From Macrostomum lignano (taxonomy: Eukaryota), in the NCBI GenBank assembly GCA_002269645.1, contig NIVC01001551.1, forward strand, positions 205,279 through 269,278: 64,000 nt of DNA, given 5' to 3'. Each line of letters opens with the position of its first letter. The stretch's first letter is position 1. A program made the translations under genes and the position numbers. Below the pieces are notes generated by a model that was not told the origin of the DNA, made no database searches, and saw only the letters and a program-made list of their open reading frames with translations. Shown piece after piece: positions 43,301 to 56,794 of this stretch.

Positions 43301-46300
43301 AGGAATCATTACTGTAGTTCAGGAATCATTACTGTAGTTCAGGAATCATTACAGTAGTTAAGGCTTATTCGGGTAGCTCAAAATTATTCAGGTAGTTTGG
43401 CCACCCTTCACGCCCAAAAAAAATTAATTGAATTTCAAGTTCTTAAGTATACACTATAGTAATTTATGACCTCATAATGTACATTACGGGATGTACATTA
43501 AAATAAGAGGAGAGAGATTGAGACAGAGAGAGCCATGAGGTTGTCGCGCACTGGGGCGGCGCGGTTCAGTCGATTGAGTTCGACCCAGAGTCTCCGCAGC
43601 TGCCGTGCCGCCTCTGAGCTGAGCTACTAATCTCTGCTCCCTCATCCGTGTAGAAGGTCCAGCATCCCGGACAGGCCCATGAGAGAAAGTGTGCCAAAGG
43701 ATTATAGAGAGTTGGCTAGGGGGGGTCTGGCACTGTTCGATATCCTTGTTAATTAATGTGGACGGATGGTGGACTGATTGCTGGGGTTGGGGGGAGGGAG
43801 CAGAGGATCTTCTTCTGCGGCTTCCTTCGAGCTGAGAACTTCATACTCTCCACTCTGTGTGCGCCGCTAGCTCGGGTTGCTGCCCCACAGGAATTCTCTT
43901 CCCCTCCCAGCGAGGACAAACTCGCAGAAAGTCCCCCCCCGAGCTGATCCGTTCGACCAGCCCCATTAGCCGCCTTTGATCTGCCCAGCTGCTGAGCTGC
44001 TGAGGGGACTCGGAGATGGACTGCTTCACGTCTAGCTGTCTAAGCATGTGTGTGTCTAAGCGTGTGTGTGTCTAAGCGTGTGTGTGTCTAAGCGTGTGTG
44101 TGTCTAAGCGTGTGTGTGTCTAAGCGTGTGTGTGTCTAAGCGTGTGTGTGTCTAAGCGTGTGTGTGTCTAAGCGTGTGTGTGTCTAAGCGTGTGTGTGTC
44201 TAAGCATGTGTGTGTGTGTCTAAGCATGCGTGTGTCTAAGCATGTGTGTGTCTAAGCATGTGTGTGTCTAAGCGTGTGTGTGTCTAAGCGTGTGTGTGTC
44301 TAAGCATGTGTGTGTGTGTCTAAGCATGCGTGTGTCTAAGCGTGTGTGTGTCTAAGCGTGTGTGTGTCTAAGCGTGTGTGTGTCTAAGCGTGTGTGTGTC
44401 TAAGCATGTGTGTGTGTGTCTAAGCATGCGTGTGTCTAAGCGTGTGTGTGTCTAAGCGTGTGTGTGTCTAAGCGTGTGTGTGTCTAAGCGTGTGTGTGTC
44501 TAAGCGTGTGTGTGTCTAAGCATGTGTGTGTGTGTCTAAGCATGCGTGTGTCTAAGCATGTGTGTGTCTAAGCATGTGTGTGTCTAAGCGTGTGTGTGTC
44601 TAAGCGTGTGTGTGTCTAAGCATGTGTGTGTGTGTCTAAGCATGCGTGTGTCTAAGCATGTGTGTGTGTGTCTAAGCATGCGTGTGTCTAAGCATGTGTG
44701 TGTCTAAGCATGTGTGTGTCTAAGCATGTGTGTGTCTAAGCATGTGTGTCTAGACATGTGTGTGTGTCTAAGCATGTGTGCGTCAGCATTCAGCTATCTA
44801 ACCAAGCTCTATCTAATTTATTTTTTTAACTAAGGCTAACTGCCCCCCAAGGGCAACCCCCCTTCCCCCGCGGAGAGAAGCCAGAAAGGGGTTGCTACGG
44901 AAGCAGAAATCCTAGCTGAAGAAAGAAACCACCAGCACACTTCAGCACCCCTGCAGCGACTTTGAGAGCGGCCAGACCAGCACAGTCTCAACAATCAAGT
45001 GGGAGATTCTTTTGTTTAAATCGACCACTATAGCGGTTACGCAATCATTTCGCGCAGTGGGGCCACGCGGCGACTGAACTGCCGAAATCGAACTTTCAGC
45101 TTGAAAAAGGGGGAAATAAATCCCTTTTCACTCGTGATAGGCACTTCTAGCAGACACTGGATTCCCCACTAATGCCCGGGCCTCGCCTGTTTCTAAGAAT
45201 CCCGCGGCTTCATTCCTCCACAATTATCGAGGATTGACGTGGTTCTGGGCAGCCCCTGGCTCTGATTGAAGGACTGCAAGAGCTTCTTCTGCTAACCCCC
45301 CCCCCCCCTAACCCACCCAAAAGCTCCCGGCGCAATCCAAGCTGGGGATCCCCGCGGAGCTAAGGAAACTGACAACTTCCTCCGTAAGATGGGATGCAGG
45401 CCTCGGGATTTTATATTATTCCAGCATCTTTCCTCATCCGCCGCCCCCCCCCGCGCAATTCTCCTCGACTCGAGCGAATCGTGAGGCCCAGAAATCATCA
45501 AAAAGAATCCCATAGCAGATTTGCGGTAGATTGACGCGCCCGCCACCTTTGCATAGCGGGCCTTGTTTTTCCTCTCAAATTATATCCGCTGGCGTCTGTT
45601 GGAATTGTTTTGCAGCGCATAGCATCGATTAACTAACTATCTGCTAACCCTCCCGCGCCTCCCTCCTCCTGTGTGATGCCGATCAATTTGCGGCGAATGC
45701 CGACGATGATGAGGAAGGGATGCTGCGCTGAATCATGACTGACGGATGCTACTGATGAAGCTCTTACACGTCTCCTCTCAGTCTGCTCCCGTCATTTAGA
45801 AGAAGCGAAATTCGAAATATTGCGAGCGTAATATTTGAATTCTCCTGTTCAAAATGCTTCACCAGGAGCCGCTATGCTCAGGCCATCCCTGATGCCTCAG
45901 AGGGAGCCGCTATACTCAGGCCCTCCCTGATGCCTCAGAGTGAGCCGCTATACTCAGGCCCTCCCTGATGCCTCAGAGGGATCACCACTATACTCAGGCC
46001 CTCCCTGATGCCTCAGAGGGAGCCGCTATACTCAGGCCCTCCGTGATGCCTCAGAGGGAGCCGCTATACTCAGGCCCTCCGTGATGCCTCAGAGGGAGCC
46101 GCTATACTCAGGCCCTCTCTGATGCCTCAGAGGGAGCCGCTATACTCAGGTCTCCCTGATGCCTCAGAGGGAGCCGCTATACTCAGGCCCTCCGTGATGC
46201 CTCAGAGGGATCACCACTATACTCAGGCCCTCCATGATGCCTCAGAGGGATCACCACTATACTCAGGCCCTCTCTGATGCCTCAGAGGGATCACCGCTAT

Positions 46301-47000
46301 ACTCAGGCCCTCCATGATGCCTTAGAGTGAGCCGCTATACTCAGGCCCTCCCTGATGCCTCAGAGGGATCACCACTATACTCAGGCCCTCCATGATGCCT
46401 CAGAGTGAGCCGCTATACTCAGGCCCTCCCTAATGCCTCAGAGGGATCACCACTATACTCAGGCCCTCCATGATGCCTCAGAGGGATCACCACTATACTC
46501 AGGCCCTCCATGATGCCTCAGAGGGAGCCGCTATACTCAGGCCCTCCATGATGCCTCAGAGGGAGCCGCTATACTCAGGCCCTCCATGATGCCTCAGAGG
46601 GATCACCGCTATACTCAGGCCCTCCATGATGCCTCAGAGGGAGCCGCTATACTCAGGCCCTCCCTGATGCCTCAGAGGGAGCCGCTATACTCAGGCCCTC
46701 CCTGATGCCTCAGAACTGCTCAGCCCCGAAGCCTCAGAGCTGCTCACCTCGGACGCGGCCTCCTCCTGCGTGTCGTCGCCATACTGGTTGGGCATGGAGG
46801 TGTAGTTGTAGCCAATGTTGCGGCACATGGGCACGCTGATCAGTTGGCACTTTTTTGGCGCCGACACGGAGAGATCCGGGCCGCCCGAGAGGTGCCGACC
46901 GACGCCTCCTATGCTGCCGGGACCGCTCTGGCCGAGGCTGGCGCGGCTCCCGGACAGCAGAAGCAGCAGACTGCTGGTGCGGATCGGGGATGTTTGCTGG
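37338..47000 (-). CDS. fzd5/8: Frizzled-5/8 Wnt receptor. Exons ~47000-46748, 42652-42439, 39726-39104, 38120-37338; start codon or first exon not resolved
   Basis: Spliced CRD: [35 protein letters not shown]|[28 protein letters not shown]...[16 protein letters not shown]. Seven-TM region ([36 protein letters not shown]), KTxxxW motif (KTLHTW) and C-terminal PDZ motif SHV. All three GT-AG junctions are phase-consistent. Confidence 0.93.
38265..39050. repeat. (CCTCT)n followed by (CATCC)n pentanucleotide arrays (fzd intron)
   Basis: Directly visible. Confidence 0.97.
39775..41505. repeat. 40-bp minisatellite built from two 20-bp subunits (tcatggttatcaccggcggg / tcagggttctctccaatggg) (fzd intron)
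   Basis: Tandem array. Confidence 0.95.
42255..42432. repeat. 21-bp repeat (ggtagatagatctgctcaatc) abutting the fzd exon donor
   Basis: About 8 units. Confidence 0.9.
42758..43340. repeat. 20-bp minisatellite (aggaatcattacagtagttc) (fzd intron)
   Basis: Tandem array. Confidence 0.95.
44038..44780. repeat. About 16-bp minisatellite (ctaagcgtgtgtgtgt) (fzd intron)
   Basis: Tandem array. Confidence 0.95.
45865..46715. repeat. 38-39-bp minisatellite (gagccgctatactcaggccctccctgatgcctcagagg) (fzd intron)
   Basis: About 22 tandem units with no unique spacers. Confidence 0.95.
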
Positions 47001-47044
47001 ATTAATGGATTTATGAATTTATGAATTTATAGACTGTTAATTGA

Positions 47045-47182
47045 TAGGTTGATAGGTTGATAGATTGGTTGATTGATGGATTGATAGATTTATATATTAA
47101 TAGATTGATAGATTGATGGATTGATAGGTTAATGATTGATATATTGGTAGATTATTAGATTAGTAAATTGATAGATAGATAC

Positions 47183-47268
<86 letters not shown>

Positions 47269-47400
47269 TGATTGATTGATTGATTGATTGATGGGTTAAT
47301 AGATTGGTAGACTGATAAATTGATGAATTGATAGTTTACTAAGACAGGCAAATTGATACATAGATTGACAGATGGATAGAAAGAAGGATTGATGGATTCT
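47045..47400. repeat. (GATA)n/(GATT)n microsatellite
   Basis: Directly visible. Confidence 0.9.
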
Positions 47401-48292
47401 TGGATTACTAAATGGCAGATTAACAACTTGTAGCAAAGATTGATACATCGAATGAGAGCAAATAAAACACTGCCGCTGGAATCCGCTTTATTATTATTTT
47501 GATTAATAAATATTATTACTGTTATTATTACTATGCTAGACAACAATGGACACATTAGTTACTAAGGATTACAGCCACTTCAGGCTGCAGCACCGGGCCA
47601 GCAGTGCGTGCAGCGGGCCTGAGGCTCTCAGCGGGAGCGCTTCCGGGAGTTTCTGGGTAGCGTGACTTGAGCTCTGTGCTCAGCCTCCTCTGCTTCCCCT
47701 TCATCATCCCAGCTAGCCAGCTATAGTCTCCCATCGCAAATGTCAGGAACTTTATTCTAGAGAAAAAAAGCCTGACAATCAACCGACCGACGCGCAAATT
47801 CTCCACTGCACAATGGCATTTTGCTTCTAGGGGCCGCTCCGCCCATTTCTTGGGCTTCCTAGAGCCCCCCCTGACTGGCTTGATCTCAGCCCACATTGCT
47901 GAGCTAAAGGGTTGGAGAGCTCAGCTGACTGACAGCTTCTGGAGAGCTCGCAACAAAAGCAAGGGTTCAGAGCAAGCATTGACACGCACTGCCATCCAGT
48001 ATATCCCGGAGTTAGTTAATTGCTCTAAAAAGAAGTCAACGGGCCTGAAAGCAGAACTAATTACAAGGAAGGCTGCCTGCGCTTATCTATCTGTCTATCC
48101 TGTTTCAGCAGGAAATTTGACAAAATTCTCCTGTTTCAGCAGCAACTGTTTATGTCTGGTAGAGCGGGTGCGCGTGACACTTCTCAATTTGTTGGTCAGT
48201 GAGGTCGGGCGCGTCACCAACATATAACTTTGTGGTCTGTCGCATGCGTCGCTCTGTGGCGCATTGAGTAGTGGCTCCGGATACGCAGTTGC

Positions 48293-48294
<2 letters not shown>

Positions 48295-48338
<44 letters not shown>

Positions 48339-49020
48339 CAGAGAGAGGCAGAGAGAGGCAGAGAGAGGCAGGGAGAGACAGAGAGATGCAGGGAGAGACA
48401 GAGAGATGCAGGGAGAGACAGAGAGATGGAGAGGCAGAGAGATGCAGGGAGAGACAGAGAGATGCAGGGAGAGACAGAGAGATGGAGAGGCAGAGAGATG
48501 CAGGGAGAGACAGAGAGATGCAGGGAGAGACAGAGAGATGCAGGGAGAGACAGAGAGATGCAGGGAGAGACAGAGAGATGGAGAGGCAGAGAGATGCAGG
48601 GAGAGACAGAGAGATGCAGGGAGAGACAGAGAGAGGCAGAGAGAGGCAGGGAGAGACAGAGAGATGCAGGGAGAGACAGAGAGATGCAGGGAGAGACAGA
48701 GAGATTCAGGGAGAGACAGAGAGATGCAGGGAGAGACAGAGAGATTCAGGGAGAGACAGAGAGATGCAGGGAGAGACAGAGAGAGGCAGAGAGAGGCAGA
48801 GAGAGGCAGGGAGAGACAGAGAGATGCAGGGAGAGACAGAGAGAGGCAGAGAGAGGCAGAGAGAGGCAGGGAGAGACAGAGAGATGCAGGGAGAGACAGA
48901 GAGATGCAGGGAGAGGCAGAGAGAGAGGCAGAGAGATGCAGAGAGAGGCAGAGAGAGAGGCAGAGAGAGGCAGAGAGAGGCAGAGAGAGAGGCAGAGAGA
49001 TGCAGGGAGAGACAGAGAGC
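48295..49020. repeat. (GA)n plus ~20-bp GA-rich minisatellite (cagggagagacagagagatg)
   Basis: Tandem array. Confidence 0.93.
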
Positions 49021-49704
49021 TACACGCTGAGACGGTGAGACGCGGGCCCAGACAGAAGGCAGATGCAGACGGAGGGCGGGGCAGAGGCCTGGGGGAGCCG
49101 AGGCGGAGGTGAACCGAGACAGCCGAGTGGCAGGCGGGCAGGAGGTCCTGGGGGGTCACCCAGACCAGGCCGGCCCCCATAAAGGCGGTGACTTTCTCGC
49201 CTTATTTATTTCTCCCATCGTCCAACTCCCCTCCTGCCCCCCCCCCGGCGGGCTTGGCCTGTCAGTCACTTGCCGGTCCAAGAGCGGCGCAGGTAAATCG
49301 AGGTGGGAAGAATGACGATGGAGAATTACTGGGGGGGGGGGGATTTTGTACCGAGCTTCAAACGCCGACCGCTTGGCCTCCCATATAAGGGAAAGATAAT
49401 AAGTGGACCAGGGTCCTTAGTTTGTTGGCTTTACCTGGACCGCGGGCGGCCTGCCTCCTTAAACCTCATTTTCCACGCCGCCTCAGACTCCCTGTGGCCT
49501 ATCTTTGTCGCTTCATCTTGCCCCCTGGCCTCCCCTTCTGCCCCGTCTCGCAGCCAGTATGTCCAGAATACGGTTATATTGACGAATATTATGCGAGTAG
49601 AACTTGCTCTTCTTATTTGATGACAATGTCTGGTGCTTGGCTGACATATTGACCAACCAACTAGCTGACAGCCCAGGAAAACTCACCTACATACCCCTAA
49701 CCTA

Positions 49705-50150
49705 CCGACCTGCCGACCCAATGACCTACTGACGCGCTGACCCAAAAGTCCACTGACCCACTGACCCGCTGACCCGCTGACCCGCTGACCCACTGACCCA
49801 CTGACCCGCTGACCCGCTGACCCACTGACCTACTGACCTGCTGACCCACTGACCCGCTGACCCGCTGACCCACTGACCCACTGACCCGCTGACCCGCTGA
49901 CCCGCTGACCCGCTGACCCACTGATCTACTGACCTGCTGACCCGCTGACCCGCTGACCCACTGACCCACTGACCCACTGACCCACTGACCCACTGACCCA
50001 CTGACCCGCTGACCCGCTGACCCACTGACCCACTGACCCGCTGACCCGCTGACCCGCTGACCCGCTGACCCACTGACCTACTGACCTGCTGACCCGCTGA
50101 CCTGCTGACTCGCTAAACCACTGACCCGCTGACCCGCTGACCCACTGACT
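49705..50150. repeat. 8-bp repeat (ctgacccg/ctgaccca)n
   Basis: Tandem array. Confidence 0.93.
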
Positions 50151-50794
50151 CGCTGGTCCGCGGACTCTCTGGACACATCCCAGTCCCAAAAGCCTCAATC
50201 AGCCGTCAACCAAGATGTGGCAGACAGCCAGACAGCCGCTCAAATCCCAAAAAAGCCCAAAGCCAAATGAGGCCCAAAGTGCGCCCCAACTCCAGTGATC
50301 GCTGTACACAATAGGCAGCCAGTATCTGAGTTGCCCCCCCCACCCTGACAGCAACCAGGCCCCGCTCCAGTGCTCAAGCCTCACGCATAAGTGACTGACA
50401 CGCCAGAGCACTCAAAGAGCTGCCAGTTAACACACAACAAAAGAGCGATTGCCCACCCGCTTCCCCCCACACCGTTCGCCTCTTTCTCTCTCTCTCGCTC
50501 TTCAAGCCTCTCCAGAAAGCAAGTCGCTAGTTTATTTTTTTGTCCTGCTTGCTTGTGCGAGAGCCACTTATTTTTTTGTCCTGGCCCGGCCCCTCTTCGT
50601 GTCGCTCAAAGAATGTGCTGAGTTGAGTTGCTGGTTGAGCAGCTCACAGAGCTCAGAGCTCACAGATCAGGGCGCTCACCCGCTCACCTTGTTGGCCCCA
50701 GACCCCTCGCCTTTGGAGCTCTACGTGTTTTTTTGACACTTTAATGCTGCCATTTTCGCTGGGGAGGAGGAGACACGATAGGCAGTAGAGCGAA

Positions 50795-51210
50795 AAACGC
50801 CTGACATCCCAAGTTGGTAGCACTGACACACCCTGACACCCCGAAATTAGAACGCCTGACACCCCCTGACGCCCCAAATTAGCACGCTTGACACACCCTG
50901 ACACCTCGAAATTATCACGCCTGACACCCCGACTAGGTACACCCTGACACTCCAACTTGACACGTTTTGACATCCTGACACCCTCAAATTGTCACTCTGA
51001 CACCCCAAAATTCTCACTCCTGACACCCCGAAACTCTCACCCTGACGCACTAAAAGCAGCACCCCTGACACTACAACTTGGCACAACTGATGCCTCAATC
51101 TGGTACGCCTGACACCCCATCATAATTCTCCTGACCCCTCAAAATTGTCATCTGACACATCAAATCGGCTGCAGGTCTGACATCAAAATTGTCAACTCTG
51201 ACACATCTTT
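50795..51210. repeat. Degenerate ctgacacccc repeat
   Basis: Recurrent ctgacac motif. Confidence 0.7.
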
Positions 51211-51824
51211 AATTAGTTGAGAAACCACCGAGGCCATCACTGAGGTTCCGATGGCAAAGCAAGTTGGCTGCAGTAAACAAAATTCAAAGGCAAAAATGGA
51301 TGACACAGAAAGGGAGGAGTGGCAAAGCAGTCAGAATTCTAAATGCCGGGCCGTTCGCAGCCTCGCAGAGCAAATTGGGACAGAAATGTCAAAAGCCGCC
51401 AGGGACCTTCTCATATTTGGGGCACTCTGTCGCCTCCCCCCCCCCGCTGTGAGCCGGAGCCCGCGGCCTTTGCAGCAGCAAAAGCAGAAGAAGATACAAA
51501 AGACAGCAGGCGAAACAAGTAAAAAAGAGAATTTCGCATTCCATGCTTCAGCAACATCTTTCTTTCCTCTCTTCTCTCTCTCTCTTGTCTCGCGTTTCCC
51601 GGGCGCGTCCCCTTGACAGGAGAGTGGGAAGTAAAGGCTCCGGACTCAAGTAACCTGCGGGACTGACTCACAAAGGGAAATGAAAGGAGAGAGGCAACCC
51701 GGGAGTGGGAGCAACAGGGGTGAAACGCCTTCTGCGGCCATCGGCAAGATGGGGAAAAATTCTTTTGGTTGAAGCATTTCCCAAAACAATGCATATTCCA
51801 CCGCCATCTGAGGGCCTGCTGACA

Positions 51825-53765
51825 GAGTCAAAAAGATTCTGACCCAGTCACAAAGATTCTGACACAATGAAAAGATCCTGACACAATGAAAAAGATCCTG
51901 ACACAATGAAAAAAATTCTGACACAATCAAGAAGATTTTGAAACAATCAAGATTCTGACACAGTCACAAAGATTCTGACACAATGAAAAGATCCTGACAC
52001 AATGAAAAAAATTCTGACACAATCAAGAAGATTTTGACACAATCAAGATTCTGACACAGTCACAAAGATTATGACACAATGAAAAAGATCCTGAAACAAT
52101 CTAGAAGATTCTGACACAATCAAGAAGATTCTGACACAATCAAGAAGATTCTGACACAATCAAGAAGATTCTGACAATCTAGAAGATTTTGACACAATCA
52201 AGAAGATTCTTACACATTCAAGAAGATTCTGACACAGTCACAAAGATTCTGACACAATCAAGAAGATTCTGACACAATCTAAAAGATTCTGACACAATCA
52301 AGAAGATTCTGACACAATCTAAAAGATTCTGACACAATCTAAAATATTCTGACACAATCTAAAATATTCTGACACGATCAAGATTTTGACACAATCAAGA
52401 AGACTTTGACACAATCTAGAAGATTCTGACACAATCAAGAAGATTCTGACACAATCTAGAAGATTCTGACATAATCTAGAAGATTCTGACACAATCTAAA
52501 AGATTCTGACACAATCTAGAAGATTCTGACACAATCTAAAAGATTCTGACACAATCAAGAAGATTCTGACACAATCAAGAAGATTCTGACAATCAAGAAG
52601 ATTTTGACACAGTCACAAAGATTCTGACACAATCAAGAAGATTCTGACACAACCAAGAAGATTCTGACACAACCAAGAAGATTCTGACACAATCAAGAAG
52701 ATTCTGACACAATCTAGAAGATTCTGACACAATCTAGAAGATTCTGACACAATCTAGAAGATTCTGACACAATCTAGAAGATTCTGACACAATCTAGAAG
52801 ATTCTGACACAATCTAGAAGATTCTGACACAATCAAGAAGATTCTGACACAATCAAGAAGATTCTGACACAATCTAGAAGATTCTGACACAATCTAGAAG
52901 ATTCTGACACAATCAAGAAGATTCTGACACAATCTAGAAGATTTTGACACAATCTAGAAGATTCTGACACAACCAAGAAGATTCTGACACAATCAAGAAG
53001 ATTCTGACACAATCTAGAAGATTCTGACACAAGATTCTGACACAATCTAGAAGATTTTAACACAAGATTCTGACACAATCTAGAAGATTTTGACACAAGA
53101 TTCTGACACAATCAAGAAGATTCTAACACAATCAAGAAGATTTTGACACAACCAAGAAGATTCTGACACAATCTAGAAGATTCTGACACAATCAAGAAGA
53201 TTCTGACACAATCTAGAAGATTTTGACACAAGATTCTGACACAATCTAGAAGATTCTGACACAATCTAGAAGATTCTGACACAATCAAGAAGATTCTGAC
53301 ACAATCAAGAAGATTCTGACACAATCTAGAAGATTCTGACACAATCTAGAAGATTCTGACACAATCAAGAAGATTCTGACACAATCTAGAAGATTTTGAC
53401 ACAATCTAGAAGATTCTGACACAACCAAGAAGATTCTGACACAATCAAGAAGATTCTGACACAATCTAGAAGATTCTGACACAAGATTCTGACACAATCT
53501 AGAAGATTTTAACACAAGATTCTGACACAATCAAGAAGATTCTAACACAATCAAGAAGATTTTGACACAACCAAGAAGATTCTGACACAATCTAGAAGAT
53601 TCTGACACAATCAAGAAGATTCTGACACAATCTAGAAGATTTTGACACAAGATTCTGACACAATCTAGAAGATTCTGACACAATCTAGAAGATTCTGACA
53701 CAATCAAGAAGATTCTGACACAATCTAGAAGATTCTGACACAATCAAGAAGATTCTGACACAATC
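51825..53765. repeat. 20-bp minisatellite (attctgacacaatctagaag) with higher-order duplication
   Basis: About 95 units; blocks near 52830-53280 and 53285-53745 are near-duplicates. Confidence 0.95.
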
Positions 53766-54542
53766 TGAAAACTAACAGAACTCCCAAGGCTGACACAAAA
53801 AAGACACTCACCCAACTGCAGCGATATTCCGCATCCACATTTTTTAACCAATTGATGGTCGCCAGTCACTTTTTCAGCTTGTTGTCAGGACTCGAACTCG
53901 CGGATCTCTAGCTTATATTATCCAGCATCAATAAAGTTCTCACATGGAGCGCCAGCAACAATGACCGCTAAACTGTGTGAAACAATGGCTCCAATTGAAC
54001 TTCTCTATATTTGTCCGTTGTTAAATGCGTGGGCAACCCCACCTCCGCATTGGTGATTGACTGACAGAGCTGGGGAGCTACTGGTGGGGGAGGGGAGTCA
54101 GGATAGGGCGATTGTGCCACGCTCTCTGCTTTTTTGCCAAAAAGCAATCGGATTGCTCCGCCTATCTCTTAGTGCGTCTCTCCAGCTATTAAACACGATG
54201 AGGTGGGGTTGGGCGAGAGAAACCTGCACACTCTTCATTACTTTTTAGTAGCAGAAATGAAGGGTTCCGAGGTAGGGCAGAGCGATGGACAGACACAGCA
54301 GCAGGAGCAGAGGGGGGAATCCCCGTGGCGGCTGCCAACCAATCCGGCACGCGCTGACAGCTGATTGGTCCAGCGCCTTTGCTGACACGGCCGTGCCAGG
54401 GCTGCAATTAATTATTAATTCGCCCCCCTCCCCCTGTACTGCCTCTCCTCCCTCTCTCCGCCTCATCAACGCGGTCTAGCATGATTGACAGCTCTGGAGA
54501 TGCGGGGTTGGCTGCGGCTTTGTCAGGTCTCTAAGCCACACT

Positions 54543-54575
<33 letters not shown>

Positions 54576-55287
54576 TAATGATGCACAATGGGCTGTCCTC
54601 TTCTGCTCTCTCTGTATCTTACTCGTTCCAGCTCAAGTGCCCGGCTCTCCCATGGTGCAGAAGACAGAGGAGCGGCATTGAAGAGAGACAGAGAGTGAGA
54701 GAATGGAGATGACAAGGCCGGCCTCCTGGCGTGAAGAAGCCCAGCCGCCGTCCCCACCGGGGACCGGGGACCGGGGACCCCCCGTGGTCAAGCGCCCCCA
54801 AAGGCATTAGCGCTGTTGCCAAGGGTCTATTAATAAGAGACCCCCCGTCTGCGGCCGGTGAAATGCAATTCCAGCGGCCGCCGCAGGCCGAGAGTTCGAT
54901 TTTCGTGAAGTGGCCCCGCCTTCCCTCAGCCACGGAGCTCTCGCAAGGCTACTCAACAGCCATTAGCCTGTCGTACTCGACGAGAGGTCTCAGTTGAAGC
55001 GCGAGCTGCACGATTTGCAGGTGAAGAGGATAGTTATAAACATGCATCATTCGTTATGCCAGACGTAAAGAAACAATTAACGAAGGTAAAAGACCGGGGC
55101 GGGTTACGAAACCGGATTGCCAAGTGGAGCATGAGAGCCCGCGTGTGCTCGTGTGCGCCTAGCTTAGCTTAATTAAGGCTCAGGCATTTCGCTTATTTTA
55201 TCTAATGGTTAAAACCAGCTTACTAATGACAGAGGTTTCATTTGTTGCTAATATATTAACTTTAAGAAAAATGATGTGCCTTGGCAT

Positions 55288-56140
55288 CCGGTTGAAGCCA
55301 CACAATCCGCCTCTACTTCCGGTTGAAGCCGCACAATCTGCCCCTACTTCCGGTTGAAGCCGCACAATCCGCCCCCTACTTCCGACTGAAGCCACATGAT
55401 CCGCCCCCTACTTCCAACTGAAGCCACATGATCCGCCTTCCACTTCCGGTGCTGAAGCCACAATCCGCCCGCCACTTCCAGGGCTGAAGCCACAATCCGC
55501 CTTCCACTTCCGGGGCTGAAGCCACACAATCAGCCTTCCACTTCTGGGCTGAAGCCACACAATCCACCCTCCAATTCCGGTGCTGAAGCCACACAATCCA
55601 CCCTCCAATTCCGGTGCTGAAGCCACACAATCCACCCTCCACTTCCGGTGCTGAAGCCACACAATCCGCCCCCTACTTCCGACTGAAGCCACATGATCCG
55701 CCCCTACTTCCGACTGAAGCCACATGATCCGCCTTCCACTTCCGGTGCTGAAGCCACAATCCGCCCGCCACTTCCAGGGCTGAAGCCACAATCCGCCTTC
55801 CACTTCCGGGGCTGAAGCCACACAATCAGCCTTCCACTTCTGGGGCTGAAGCCACACAATCCACCCTCCAATTCCGGTGCTGAAGCCACACAATCCACCC
55901 TCCAATTCCGGTGCTGAAGCCACACAATCCACCCTCCACTTCCGGTGCTGAAGCCACACAATCCGCCCCTACTTCCGACTGAAGCCACATGATCCGCCCC
56001 CTACTTCCGACTGAAGCCACATGATCCGCCTTCCACTTCCGGTGCTGAAGCCACAATCCGGCCGCCACTTCCAGGGCTGAAGCCACACAATCCGCCTTCC
56101 ACTTCCAGGGCTGAAGCCACACAATCCGCCCTTCACTTCC
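55288..56140. repeat. About 29-30-bp minisatellite (gaagccacacaatccgccctccacttccgg) with ~295-bp higher-order repeat
   Basis: Tandem array; the same series of variants recurs. Confidence 0.9.
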
Positions 56141-56794
56141 AAAGCATTCTACCTCGTTTTTGAATAAAGTTGCATCTTCCGCTCCCCTACCTCCGTTAAT
56201 TAGCTTTAATAATACCTGGACATGAATGAGAGCAAAGGTTCACCGCCATCGTCATAGTTATAAGCATCAGCTGCCATCTAAGGTGCTGAAGCCTCCTTTT
56301 CTTTCAATCGCTCTCTTCTTCAGACCGATAAGTTCAGAGGAGCGAAGAGAAGGGAGGCCGAAAAGAGAGGTTTAAGGCCCCCAGGCATGCAGATATCCCT
56401 GACTGACACATGCCACAGACTGATAGGGAGCGAGCGCCATACCAATCCTCTTCTAGCTCTGCTGACTCTGCATTCAATTGAAGCATTCGAAATTCTAGTT
56501 CAGCTTCTTAGCCAAGTGCAGCAGCCGGGTGAGCTTCCCGTCTGAAACTGTGGAATCCGCTTTGAACAGCGGCTTAAAAAGAAGCTTAGGCTGATAAAAG
56601 TAAGGCACAGAGCTAGTAGTTAGAGGTATACAGAATATACTGAAGCACTTTAGAGTTTTGCCATTCATACGAAGCATTTCTTATTCATTTATTGTATGGC
56701 TGGACATAAAAGCTTCCAGCTCTGTTGTGGCAGACCCAACAAGCTTCCAGTCCTGTTGTGGCAGACCCAACAAGCTTCCGATCCACGTCAGGGC

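Noticed and set aside
44848-44892. gcaaccccc…ggggttgc hairpin as an HDV-like ribozyme
   Set aside because: The nested P2/P3/P1.1 pairings and the catalytic C-A segment could not be found.
45706-45758. Possible C/D-box snoRNA (ATGATGA…CTGA)
   Set aside because: Too short, no terminal stem, and no recognisable guide complementarity.
45865-46715. 38-39-bp repeats (also the 44-bp array at 60888-61242 and the 38-bp array at 62230-62800) as CRISPR arrays
   Set aside because: Units are head-to-tail with no unique spacers, there are no cas genes, and the context is eukaryotic and intronic.
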